From positions 16,856 through 80,855 of the forward strand of contig CAKVHI010000005.1 in assembly GCA_934747965.1 (NCBI GenBank): DNA of 64,000 bases, given 5' to 3'. Positions within the stretch are counted from its first letter, which is position 1. Each line of letters opens with the position of its first letter. Shown here one piece after another: positions 1 through 10,613 of this stretch. A model generated the notes under the pieces. The model was not told the DNA's origin and did no database searches. It saw only the letters and a program-made list of their open reading frames with translations. The translations under genes and the position numbers were made by a program. The DNA comes from an uncultured Clostridia bacterium (lineage in GTDB: Bacteria; Bacillota; Clostridia; Christensenellales; UBA1242).

Positions 1-1
1 C

Positions 2-349
2 CTAGGCGATTGCTTTAATAGTTTTGTAAAAATTGACTTGTTTGACAAAAGTGAAAACGATGTTGATTGTGTTCTTGGATATTTGTTTGGATATAACAAA
101 AATAATAATGTTCAACGAAACAAATTTGTTATAAGCACAGAAACTGATGCGACTCAAATAACAGGCGATAAAATTGCCATTGACCAATCTAACTGCGAAG
201 TAGAAAATCACAGTCAAGCAATGATTGATGAATTTAATTCTAATAATTCTTCATTTAATTTTGATTATGAATGGAGTTATGTATCAATTTATGAATTTAA
301 TGAAACAATAAAAATGACAATCGAAATAGGATTTAAAAAAATTTTATAA
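2..349 (+). CDS. C-terminal fragment of a hypothetical protein, open to the left window edge
   Basis: The frame is open from nt 2 with no in-frame stop upstream. The track start at 38 is only the first TTG. Stop TAA at 347-349. Lies 15 nt upstream of the sipW-like gene on the same strand. Confidence 0.4.
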   Translation, partial: LGDCFNSFVKIDLFDKSENDVDCVLGYLFGYNKNNNVQRNKFVISTETDATQITGDKIAIDQSNCEVENHSQAMIDEFNSNNSSFNFDYEWSYVSIYEFNETIKMTIEIGFKKIL

Positions 350-364
350 AAAAAGGAAGCAAAA

Positions 365-967
365 ATGAAACAATATAATTTCAAACTTGTTTATAAAAAA
401 TTTAATAGAAAGGCTAATATAATCAAAAATTGTGTTATATTGTTCTTTTTGTTGCTTTTTGCTGTTTTAACCATGTTTTATGCAATGGGTAAATTTCAAA
501 TTTTGCACATTCTTACAGGCAGTTCGGCACCTTATCATCCAGCGGGGTCCCTTGCGATTGAATATAAAGTTGATTTTGACAAATTGAAAGTTGGTGATTT
601 TATAACCTGGAGCAATAATGGGGGAAAGATGTTTGTAACTCATCAAATTGTTAGGGTAGACAAAGTAAACAAAACTGTTACTTGCAGTCAGCAACAAAAA
701 GATAGTCAAGGAAATATTTTGCCAATGGATGAATGGAATGAGGAAAATTTCGATGGCGTGCATACAGAGGACCAATATTATGGAAAAGTTTTGTTCTCTA
801 TTCCAAAATTGGGTTTATATCTAACAGGCATCAAAGACCTTGTTTTGTATAATAACAAACTAAATATTCTTGGAATTGTGTCTATTGTGCTTGCTTATTT
901 TGTTTATTACTTTTTTAGTAAGTTTCTTTACACACCAACTTATGTTTTATGGGAGAATAAAAATTGA
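365..967 (+). CDS. sipW: Signal peptidase I, SipW (archaeal/ER) type
   Basis: N-terminal TM anchor. 'LTGSSAPYHPAGSL' aligns to the SGSMxP catalytic-Ser box and 'VTHQIVRV' to the THRIV His box. C-terminal TM present. SD AAGGAAG lies 5 nt before the ATG. TasA-like substrates are encoded directly downstream. Confidence 0.7.
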   Translation: MKQYNFKLVYKKFNRKANIIKNCVILFFLLLFAVLTMFYAMGKFQILHILTGSSAPYHPAGSLAIEYKVDFDKLKVGDFITWSNNGGKMFVTHQIVRVDKVNKTVTCSQQQKDSQGNILPMDEWNEENFDGVHTEDQYYGKVLFSIPKLGLYLTGIKDLVLYNNKLNILGIVSIVLAYFVYYFFSKFLYTPTYVLWENKN

Positions 968-1542
968 CAAAAGCAAAAAATATAGAAAAATTTTTAATAG
1001 TTTTTTTAATTCTGATTGTTTTATCGCTTTCAGTTAGTTTTTCAGTAGCATTTTTTAAGTTTAGCAAACAATTCAATTCATCGGGCGACCTTCCAATACT
1101 TAACATAAACAAAATTGTTCAAGCAGATGAAAATGTTTTTGAAGATAACGGAAGTCATAAACTTAGATATAGTTTAAATGATGTAAATTTTAGTGTTAAA
1201 TTGACAACCGAAAATAACAATATTGACGGATATGTTAGGGTTTATGTTGTAACAAGTTGGGTTGACGGCTTAAGTAATACAGGGCGAAATAATGAAAATG
1301 TAGTTGTTCCTGTTTGTAAATTAAATTTTAATGAAGAAGTATGGGAAATTAAGGGTGATGAAATTAGTGGTTATCATTACTATTTAAAAAATAATGCAAA
1401 AATGCTTCCGAACGAAACTATTGAATTATTTTCTAGCATTAGTTTTGACAATGATTTTTCATCAAATTATTATAATAAAATGGTTGAAATAACTATTATC
1501 GCGGAAATTTGTCAAACTACAAATATTCCCGAAAATTGGTAG
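964..1542 (+). CDS. TasA/BsaA-like SipW-dependent secreted (matrix/fibre) protein, paralog 1
   Basis: TTG start overlaps the sipW stop (TTGA). K-rich n-region plus a hydrophobic core ending 'SVAFFKFS'. C-terminal motif 'VEITIIAEICQ...IPENW' is shared with four other ORFs in this window. Confidence 0.55.
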   Translation: MTKAKNIEKFLIVFLILIVLSLSVSFSVAFFKFSKQFNSSGDLPILNINKIVQADENVFEDNGSHKLRYSLNDVNFSVKLTTENNNIDGYVRVYVVTSWVDGLSNTGRNNENVVVPVCKLNFNEEVWEIKGDEISGYHYYLKNNAKMLPNETIELFSSISFDNDFSSNYYNKMVEITIIAEICQTTNIPENW

Positions 1543-1548
1543 GTAATT

Positions 1549-2130
1549 ATGAGTAAAAAATCTAGTTTTATAACAATAATAACTCTTTGTGTTGTTTCAA
1601 TGCTGTTATTAACACTTAACATAACTTTAGCACTGTTTGGCGACAAAATTGACAAAACAGGCATCGTGCAATTCAAACAACATAAACTTGATATTGAAAT
1701 TGTCGATAATGATACCATTGTGTTATCAAAAGAGGAATTAACTATCGGCACTCTAACAACGCGAAAAATAAATATAAAAAATCCAACAAATTCAACAAGT
1801 TGCGTGTTTAAAATTTGGCTAGAATTTTTTGTTGACGGAAATTTGGACAGCAATTATTTAATGCTTAATCTCGATGAAAATCTTTTTACAAAGTCAGAAG
1901 CGGGCGAATTGTTTTATAATGATGTTTTGTCTAGTGGCGGAAATTTATCTAATGTTGTTTTAACTTTTAAAGTAAATGAAAATGCCTTATCAAAAGACTA
2001 TGAAGGTAAAAAATACAATTTAAAATTGTGCATAGAGTCTATTCAATCAACAAAGATTGCTGTTCAAAATGAATGGAATAATAATTATCCTGTTAGTTGG
2101 TATGAAAAAGTTAAAAGCAAATTAGATTAA
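1549..2130 (+). CDS. TasA/BsaA-like SipW-dependent secreted protein, paralog 2
   Basis: Signal peptide ends 'TLALFGDKID', fitting the SipW-cognate pattern (..A.F.D). C-terminal 'LKLCIESIQS...NEW..YPVSW' matches the family motif seen at 26865, 27617 and 28250. Confidence 0.6.
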   Translation: MSKKSSFITIITLCVVSMLLLTLNITLALFGDKIDKTGIVQFKQHKLDIEIVDNDTIVLSKEELTIGTLTTRKINIKNPTNSTSCVFKIWLEFFVDGNLDSNYLMLNLDENLFTKSEAGELFYNDVLSSGGNLSNVVLTFKVNENALSKDYEGKKYNLKLCIESIQSTKIAVQNEWNNNYPVSWYEKVKSKLD

Positions 2131-2210
2131 AATTTATTAACTATAATTTGGATTATCAATAACTCAAAATAAATTTTCTAATACCATGTGAATAAAAAAT
2201 TTAAAATTAA

Positions 2211-2243
2211 TTAGATAGATTTTGTACTCTATCTAATTTTTTT
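2211..2243 (+). terminator. Rho-independent terminator after the sipW operon
   Basis: TTAGATAGA (2211-2219), 8-nt loop, TCTATCTAA (2228-2236), then T7. Confidence 0.75.
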
Positions 2244-2273
2244 AACTAAAAATATAAAAATAATTCTTTTTTG

Positions 2274-2282
2274 TGATATAAT
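2274..2282 (+). promoter_or_regulatory. Extended -10 promoter abutting the rmuC ATG (leaderless geometry)
   Basis: TGaTATAAT, with TATAAT at 2277-2282, then 6 nt (taacac), then ATG at 2289. No SD sequence. Confidence 0.55.
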
Positions 2283-2288
2283 TAACAC

Positions 2289-3569
2289 ATGGATAAAATA
2301 TTATTAATTTCTATTTTAATAATTTCAGTTTTAAGCATACTTGGAATTATTTTGACTAACATTATTTTTATTAAAAAAAACAAATCAAGCACGATTGTCA
2401 GCACAAGTAGTGAGGAAGTTAAAGCGTTAAACTTTGAAATTCAAAAATTGTCTAGCATGATACTAGCATACAATCAAACAGTAACTGAAATAATAAAAAG
2501 TTATAGTGAATCGACAATCAAAAGCTTGAATAGCATAAGTGAAAATCAGTTTGAAAGGCTAGAGAACTTAAACAAAAGAATTTTTGATTTAACTCAAAGT
2601 TTAGAGGCAAGACTTGAAAAAAATAGCAATGTTTTAGAAATGAGTTTGACTAATCTAAAGCAAAACAATGAACAGAAACTTGAGCAGATGAGATTGACAG
2701 TTGATGAAAAATTGAATGAAAGTTTGGAAAAACGCCTTAATGAAAGTTTTAACTTAATTTCCGAGCGTCTTGAAAATGTAAGTGCTGGCCTTGGAGAAAT
2801 GCGAAGTTTGGCAGGAAGTGTGGGCGACCTTAAAAAGGTATTAACAAATGTAAAAACACGAGGAACTTTTGGCGAAATTCAACTTGGCAATTTGCTTGAA
2901 CAGATGCTTGCGCCAAATCAATTTAAAGCGAATGTTCAAATTAAGGATGACAAACGAGTTGATTTTGCGATAATTCTTCCCGGAAAGGATGAAAGCGAAG
3001 TTTTGCTTCCGATTGATGCGAAATTTCCTATTGAAGATTACAACAAAATTTTGGATGCTGAAAGCGTTGGGGATAGCGTGGCTATTAACACTCTTCAAAA
3101 AGCCTTAGAAAGAAGAATAAAAGAAGAAGCAAAAAAAATTAATGAAAAATATATTGTTGTTCCCAAAACAACAGACTTTGCAATTATGTATTTGCCTTTA
3201 GAAGGCTTGTATGGCGAAGCCATAAAACGAACAGGCTTGATTGAAGAACTTCAACGAGATTACAGAATTATTGTTTGTGGACCAACAACTCTATCTGCAT
3301 TATTGAACAGTTTGCAAATGGGTTTTCAAACACTTGCTATTGAAAAACGCTCAAGTGAAATTTGGGCTTTATTATCGACATTTAAAAAAGAATTTGTAAC
3401 TTTTGTCGATTTGCTAACAAAAACTCAAAAGAAAATTGATGAGGCGAGTGGAACTATTAATGATGCAACCAAAAAAACTCAAAAAATTCAAAAGCAACTT
3501 GATAAGGTCGTTTTGCTTGATAATAATATCGAAATTTTAGATACACAAAAAAATGATGATAAAGATTAA
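2289..3569 (+). CDS. rmuC: DNA recombination protein RmuC
   Basis: N-terminal TM, long E/K/L/N-rich coiled coil, then the nuclease-like core 'VDFAIILPG...LPIDAKFP...AIMYLP...IVCGPTTL' typical of RmuC. Confidence 0.85.
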   Translation: MDKILLISILIISVLSILGIILTNIIFIKKNKSSTIVSTSSEEVKALNFEIQKLSSMILAYNQTVTEIIKSYSESTIKSLNSISENQFERLENLNKRIFDLTQSLEARLEKNSNVLEMSLTNLKQNNEQKLEQMRLTVDEKLNESLEKRLNESFNLISERLENVSAGLGEMRSLAGSVGDLKKVLTNVKTRGTFGEIQLGNLLEQMLAPNQFKANVQIKDDKRVDFAIILPGKDESEVLLPIDAKFPIEDYNKILDAESVGDSVAINTLQKALERRIKEEAKKINEKYIVVPKTTDFAIMYLPLEGLYGEAIKRTGLIEELQRDYRIIVCGPTTLSALLNSLQMGFQTLAIEKRSSEIWALLSTFKKEFVTFVDLLTKTQKKIDEASGTINDATKKTQKIQKQLDKVVLLDNNIEILDTQKNDDKD

Positions 3570-3674
3570 AATTTAAAAGAAGTCAAAAAGGAAATTAGAA
3601 CCTAATTGGCTTTTTTGTTTATTATTTAATAAAATTTTATATTTTTCACATACTAACCATAGGAGTATAAAATT

Positions 3675-5162
3675 ATGAAAACAAATAAAGTTATCAACAT
3701 TTTAGTTACTATTACATCTATAATTTTGGTTGTTTTGTTAATTGTTTTGTTTGCACAAACTTTGCAAAGCAACAAAGATAATAACCAATCATTTAAAAAT
3801 AATGTTGTCATTGGAGGAGTCAATGTTAAAGGACTAACGCGTTTGCAGGCTGAAAATAAAATAAACTCTTCTTTAAACGACAGAATTAAAAATTTGGTTA
3901 TAACACTAAAATATAAAGACAAACAATGGAAGTATAATTCGGAAGATTTAAAGGTTTCAAATAATATTCACACAGTTGTTGAACAGGCGTACAAATATAC
4001 TCAACTTCAAAATGATGCAAAAAATAATATAAAATTAATTTCAAGTCAAGGTTATAATTATGATATTGCTTTTAATCATATTTTTGTTGATTTTAAGGAT
4101 AAGGTTGAAGAAATTAAATCGGAAATTGAACAGCAACCTATTAATAGTGAAGTGGAATTTATGCCAAACACAAAACAAATTTTTAACATAACAAAATGTC
4201 ATAAAGGTTTAAAAATTGATGAAGAAAAACTTTATCAAGACATAGAAAATCAATTTAGCCAAACAAACGATATTATTGTTGAAATTAAAACAACAGAAGT
4301 AGAACCTGAAATTTGTGAAGATTACTATAATGATAAATTAAGTTTGCTTGGAGAATTTTCTACAGACCTATCAACAAGCAAGGGTGGAAGAAAGCATAAT
4401 GTTTCACTTGCGTTAAGCAAGTTTAATGGAAAGATTATAGAACCAAATGAACAGGTAAGTTTTAATGCTGTTACCGGTCCGCAGACCGAGCAAACTGGCT
4501 ATGAAAGTGCAATAGTGATTGTTAATGGTCAATATGTTGAAGGTGTTGGTGGCGGAATTTGTCAAGCATCAACAACCCTATATAATGCACTACTTTTAAG
4601 TGGAACAGAAATTGATGAAGTGCATAAACACACATTGCCTGTTGGTTATGTTGAACTAAGTTTGGATGCTATGGTTAATGAAGGCACAAGCGATTTAAGG
4701 TTTAAAAACATAAGTGATTCTCCTATATACATTCAAGCCTATGTTGAAGGGGATAGGGCATACGCAAAAGTTTATGGAAAACCCTTAGAAGAAGGAATTT
4801 CTTTTAAAAGAAGCGTTGAATATGTTAGAACAATTCCTCATAATGGCGACAAAGTTATTCAAGACACGAAAGGCGAATACGCAGGAAAGGTAACATATAA
4901 AGGTGAATATTACAGATTGAGTTATCCAAAAGAAGGTTACGAAGCAAAAGGATACCTAGAGAAATATATTAATGGTGAATTTGTTAGCAAAGAAATGGTA
5001 AGACATGAAATTTATGAACCTAAACAAGGAATTGTTATAGAAGGAGTTAAAGAACCACCTAAGGATGAAGAGGTAAATAGTGAAACTCAAATTATACCGC
5101 CTCAAATTGAAGTTGAATCATTTAATCAATTTAATTCATACTGCGCAGGTTTTGAACAATAA
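3675..5162 (+). CDS. VanW family protein with C-terminal G5-like domain
   Basis: N-terminal TM. VanW signature 'GGGICQASTTLYNALL'. C-terminal 'GEYAGKVTYKGEYYRLSYPKEGYEAKGY...IVIEGVK' resembles a G5 domain. SD GGAG upstream. Confidence 0.85.
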   Translation: MKTNKVINILVTITSIILVVLLIVLFAQTLQSNKDNNQSFKNNVVIGGVNVKGLTRLQAENKINSSLNDRIKNLVITLKYKDKQWKYNSEDLKVSNNIHTVVEQAYKYTQLQNDAKNNIKLISSQGYNYDIAFNHIFVDFKDKVEEIKSEIEQQPINSEVEFMPNTKQIFNITKCHKGLKIDEEKLYQDIENQFSQTNDIIVEIKTTEVEPEICEDYYNDKLSLLGEFSTDLSTSKGGRKHNVSLALSKFNGKIIEPNEQVSFNAVTGPQTEQTGYESAIVIVNGQYVEGVGGGICQASTTLYNALLLSGTEIDEVHKHTLPVGYVELSLDAMVNEGTSDLRFKNISDSPIYIQAYVEGDRAYAKVYGKPLEEGISFKRSVEYVRTIPHNGDKVIQDTKGEYAGKVTYKGEYYRLSYPKEGYEAKGYLEKYINGEFVSKEMVRHEIYEPKQGIVIEGVKEPPKDEEVNSETQIIPPQIEVESFNQFNSYCAGFEQ

Positions 5163-5218
5163 TTTAATTTAGTGTGTATGCAAACTAATGCATAAATATA
5201 ATTTTAAGTCAAAACAAA

Positions 5219-5235
5219 TGTGGATAAGTGGATAA
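5219..5235. promoter_or_regulatory. Two abutting DnaA boxes
   Basis: TGTGGATAA at 5219-5227 is a perfect reverse complement of TTATCCACA. AGTGGATAA at 5227-5235 has 1 mismatch. Confidence 0.6.
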
Positions 5236-5331
5236 TTCATGTATATAAATTAACAAAAATGCATAAAATCACATAAATTTCCGTTAATTTTATAAATATT
5301 CATTGAAATTAATAATTATTAAGTGTGTAAA

Positions 5332-5340
5332 TGTGGATAA
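5332..5340. promoter_or_regulatory. DnaA box
   Basis: TGTGGATAA, a perfect consensus box in the same orientation as the 5219 pair. Confidence 0.6.
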
Positions 5341-5471
5341 CTTATGTGATTTGCAAAAAAAGCCTTTAAAATAAACGCTTTTATAAAAATGTATAAAATT
5401 TCACAAAAAATCTTTATTCATTTTTTACAAAAATAAAATACTATTATAAAAATTTTTTATTTTTGTAAAAT

Positions 5472-5510
5472 AAAAAACATATTGAAAATGTAAATTCAAT
5501 ATGTTTTTTT
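5472..5510. terminator. Bidirectional terminator hairpin
   Basis: AACATATTGAA (5476-5486), 8-nt loop, TTCAATATGTT (5495-5505). Flanked by an A-run and a T-run. Directly downstream of the minus-strand hydrolase gene. Confidence 0.7.
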
Positions 5511-5514
5511 ATCC

Positions 5515-6441
5515 TTAAATATTCACAATATCACTATCTTTAATGTTTTTTAAATTTTCAATAAATTTCTTAAAAAACAAATCTCTATCTGTTTGTTCAA
5601 CGAAAGTAATGTTTCCATTTGGGTTTTCGGTTATTGTGGTTTTTCCGGGGTTGTCATTTAAGTCAACTTCAATATCGCATTTTGAGGTTTTAAATATTTC
5701 TGGATAAAGAAGATAAATAACTGCACTCAAATCGTTTGTTTCTGTAGCATTTAAAATTACATCGCTTTTATAGCCCTCAAACATTTTTGCCAAAAACTTG
5801 CCTGTTTTGTTGGTATTTTTTATTTCTTTAATTTGGTCGGAAGAAAAATATGCGTTATATCTTCCTATTTCGCTAGGCATAATTGTTTTTTTAACTTTTG
5901 ATTTCATAACGATATCGGCTGCCTCAGGGTCGCATGAGATGTTGAATGAAACATGAGGTTTTGTGTTAGGTCTTCCGTAAGGAGAGCCACCCTCAAAAAT
6001 AATTTCATTAATCATATCTTGCACTTCGGGGTGTTTTTCAAAAAGCAAACCTAAATTTGTTTGTGGGGCAAGTTCAAGAATTGTTATGTTGCCAGCATTT
6101 TGTTTTATTGTTTCAAACATAGTTTCAACAACATCTTCAGAGCAAGGTTTAAGATTTGTTTTTGTTGGAATAAAACCACCCAGTCCTTCTTCGCCATGAA
6201 CAGAGATTGCATTTTTGTTTTCTCTGAGAATTGGTTTTAAACTTCCTTTGCAAACTTGAATATCTTTTCCGAATTTTTCAACCAAAAACAACGCATTTCT
6301 TGTGGTTTTTTCAAGTCCTACATTGCCTGCTGTGGTTGTTATTAATTTTATGTCTAAATTTTTGTTAAACATAGCAAGGATTATAGCGGTTGCATCATCA
6401 ACTCCGGGGTCGGTGTCTATTATTAGGTTTATTGTTTTCAT
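5515..6441 (-). CDS. Inosine-uridine preferring nucleoside hydrolase family protein
   Basis: N-terminal 'IIDTDPGVDDATAIILAM' is the DxDxxxDD nucleoside hydrolase fingerprint. SD AAGGA upstream. Probably co-transcribed with the upstream MBL gene. Confidence 0.85.
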   Translation of the reverse strand: MKTINLIIDTDPGVDDATAIILAMFNKNLDIKLITTTAGNVGLEKTTRNALFLVEKFGKDIQVCKGSLKPILRENKNAISVHGEEGLGGFIPTKTNLKPCSEDVVETMFETIKQNAGNITILELAPQTNLGLLFEKHPEVQDMINEIIFEGGSPYGRPNTKPHVSFNISCDPEAADIVMKSKVKKTIMPSEIGRYNAYFSSDQIKEIKNTNKTGKFLAKMFEGYKSDVILNATETNDLSAVIYLLYPEIFKTSKCDIEVDLNDNPGKTTITENPNGNITFVEQTDRDLFFKKFIENLKNIKDSDIVNI

Positions 6442-6459
6442 AGTTTTGTCCTTTTGTTA

Positions 6460-7257
6460 TTATTTTTTTGAAATGTTAAAAATTGTTCCTATTTTGTATT
6501 GACTTGCCACATCAATAAAAATGTCTTTACCTTCAACAATATCTTTTTTGTTTAATTCTTTTTTAATATAATTATATGCAAGGCTTGGAGAATTGTTTTC
6601 TTCGCTTAAATGCGATAACACAACCTGACTAACCTTGTTATAAGTTAAGTTTTCAATAATTTCTTCGCAAGTTTTGTTGCTCAGATGTCCCTTATCGCCC
6701 AAAATTCTTCGTTTCAAAAAAACGGGATAATTTTGATTGTCTAAAAGCAAGTCAACATCGTGGTTCGATTCAAGATAAACGAGATTGCTATAGTCAAGAT
6801 GATTTATTATGTTTGAATCTGTTTTGCCCAAATCAGTAGAGATTGAAACTTTTGCATCTAAACTTTTAATCGAAAAGCCGTTGCAGTGCTTGCTGTCGTG
6901 GCTTTGCTTAAAGTTTTCTACTAGTAAATCATTAATTGATATATTTTCGTTGTCCTTAAAAGTTGTTACATTTTTAAGTGAGTTTTTTAATTTTTGATTT
7001 GCAGGGTTGATGCAATCATCGTGTATAAAAATTTTAGGATTATAATGTTTCAAAAAATTAACTAATCCCTTAATATGGTCATCATGTTCATGTGTTATAA
7101 ATATGGCATCAATATCGTTTGGGTTAATTTTCAACAATTCTAGTTTCGCCAACAATTCTTTTTCGCAAATTCCAAGGTCTACTAAAATTTTTGTTTTATC
7201 AGTTGAAATTAAGTAACTATTTCCTTTACTGCCACTTGCTAAACTTACTGCTTTCAT
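6460..7257 (-). CDS. MBL-fold metallo-hydrolase (YycJ/WalJ-like)
   Basis: 'ITHEHDDHIKG' carries the HxHxDH motif. N-terminal 'LASGSKGNSYLI' and C-terminal 'LSHLSEENN' are typical of the family. Confidence 0.8.
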   Translation of the reverse strand: MKAVSLASGSKGNSYLISTDKTKILVDLGICEKELLAKLELLKINPNDIDAIFITHEHDDHIKGLVNFLKHYNPKIFIHDDCINPANQKLKNSLKNVTTFKDNENISINDLLVENFKQSHDSKHCNGFSIKSLDAKVSISTDLGKTDSNIINHLDYSNLVYLESNHDVDLLLDNQNYPVFLKRRILGDKGHLSNKTCEEIIENLTYNKVSQVVLSHLSEENNSPSLAYNYIKKELNKKDIVEGKDIFIDVASQYKIGTIFNISKK

Positions 7258-7266
7258 AGGGAAATT

Positions 7267-7295
7267 ATTATATCAAAAAAATTGTAAAAAATCAA
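7267..7295 (-). promoter_or_regulatory. Sigma-A type promoter close to the MBL gene ATG
   Basis: On the minus strand: TTGATT (7295-7290), 17 nt, TGaTATAAT (TATAAT at 7272-7267), 9 nt, ATG at 7257. No SD. Confidence 0.5.
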
Positions 7296-7372
7296 CATTC
7301 AATAAATATTTTTTTTACATCAAAATATTTACAAAAATTTTTAAATATGATATACTAAATAAAGAGGTGAAT

Positions 7373-7762
7373 ATGTCAACAGTAAATAAAAAATTTGGCG
7401 ATGATGTTATTGTTCATTGGAAAGATAGAAAAAGAAATTTTGGAATGCCACTTTCTTTCACTCAATATTATATATTGGAAAAGGAAGGTGAATGGCTTAA
7501 ACTTTTTTGTGAAACAGGGTTTTTAAGTTCACATTTTGAAGAAGTGCAACTATATAAAGTTGAAGATTTTTCAATCAATCAAACCTTGGGCGACAAAATG
7601 TTTGGGGTTGGCACAATCACAGTAAAAAGCAGTGATAAAACAGCACCTGTGTTTAAAATTTTAAGAGTTAAACAGCCATATAAAGTTTATGATTTGATTG
7701 CAAAACTTGTTGCGCGAGATAGGCGGGATAGAAATTTCCGTTGGGGCGAATTTCAAGGTTAA
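7373..7762 (+). CDS. Bacterial PH-domain (YdbT/bPH_2-like) protein
   Basis: Small protein containing 'GVGTITVKSSDKTAPVFKILRVKQPYKVYDLI', which has a bPH-like beta-sandwich pattern. ATG at 7373 is preferred over the GTG at 7367 because of the SD AAAGAGG. Confidence 0.5.
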   Translation: MSTVNKKFGDDVIVHWKDRKRNFGMPLSFTQYYILEKEGEWLKLFCETGFLSSHFEEVQLYKVEDFSINQTLGDKMFGVGTITVKSSDKTAPVFKILRVKQPYKVYDLIAKLVARDRRDRNFRWGEFQG

Positions 7763-7772
7763 TATTTATTTT

Positions 7773-7805
7773 AAAAAAGAGCATATTGATTAATGCTCTT
7801 TTTTA
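7773..7805. terminator. Bidirectional terminator between convergent genes
   Basis: AGAGCAT (7778-7784), 8-nt loop, ATGCTCT (7793-7799). A6 before and T6 after. Confidence 0.75.
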
Positions 7806-7838
7806 ATTATTATTTTTTCACAAAACAAAGTGAACAAA

Positions 7839-8417
7839 TTAAATCAAATCATTTTCATTTGGTGGAATTATTTTAACTTCATCAAAATCATTACTGTTAT
7901 TACTATCTTCCAAACTTTGTTGAGAAACAATTTCTTTGCTTTCTTCTTCAAGTTTATGTTTTTCTTCCTCAATTTTTTGTTTTTGTGCTTTTTTTGCTTT
8001 AATGTTTTCAACCATAGTATTTACCGTTCTTGGCAATTTTCTTATCAATTTTAAAAGTGCATTAAAACAAGCCAAAACAAAACTTTCAAGCAACAATATG
8101 CTATAGCCAACTGTTAAATTGGCGTTTGTTGGAAGAAAGACTATTGCAGGAATCAAAAGCATAAAAAAGGCAATGAAACCTAAAAATTCTTGAATAGAAA
8201 CAAGTGTAAATTCGTTTTTAAACAAATTGAAAATTCCGATTGCTGAAATCAAAACCACACATACCGAAAAAATGACAATAGAAATAAAGTATAAAATTTT
8301 TAATAAAATTGTGGTTTCGCCAAAAAAATTGACATTAACAAATGGCAATATTAAAGTTATTAAACTTATTAATGCTAAACAAAACATAAAAGTGCTTAAA
8401 CATTTTTTATTATACAT
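7839..8417 (-). CDS. Hypothetical multi-pass membrane protein with K/E-rich C-terminal tail
   Basis: Four to five hydrophobic helices, then 'KAKKAQKQKIEEEKHKLEEESKE'. SD GAGGTG upstream. Confidence 0.5.
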   Translation of the reverse strand: MYNKKCLSTFMFCLALISLITLILPFVNVNFFGETTILLKILYFISIVIFSVCVVLISAIGIFNLFKNEFTLVSIQEFLGFIAFFMLLIPAIVFLPTNANLTVGYSILLLESFVLACFNALLKLIRKLPRTVNTMVENIKAKKAQKQKIEEEKHKLEEESKEIVSQQSLEDSNNSNDFDEVKIIPPNENDLI

Positions 8418-8624
8418 AACTGCACCTCGAATATAAAAAATAATCTATCACAATTAGCAAAAAAAATCAAGTTGCAACTAAGAAATTTTTATTTTAAATT
8501 AAAAAAGTTTAAAATATCTTAAAATTTTTAATTTAAAGCATTATTTTGCCATTATTTAATAGTTTTTTAAAATTTACAGAAATTTACTTATAAAATAAAT
8601 AAACTTTAAATTTGGTCTTTTTAA

Positions 8625-8653
8625 TTGACAAATATATATATGATATATATAAT
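8625..8653 (+). promoter_or_regulatory. Consensus sigma-A promoter of gyrB-gyrA
   Basis: TTGACA (8625-8630), 17-nt TA-rich spacer, TATAAT (8648-8653). ATG at 8676 preceded by AAGGAG. Confidence 0.65.
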
Positions 8654-8666
8654 ATTATATATATAA

Positions 8667-10604
<1,938 letters not shown>

Positions 10605-10613
10605 GAGTAAGTA

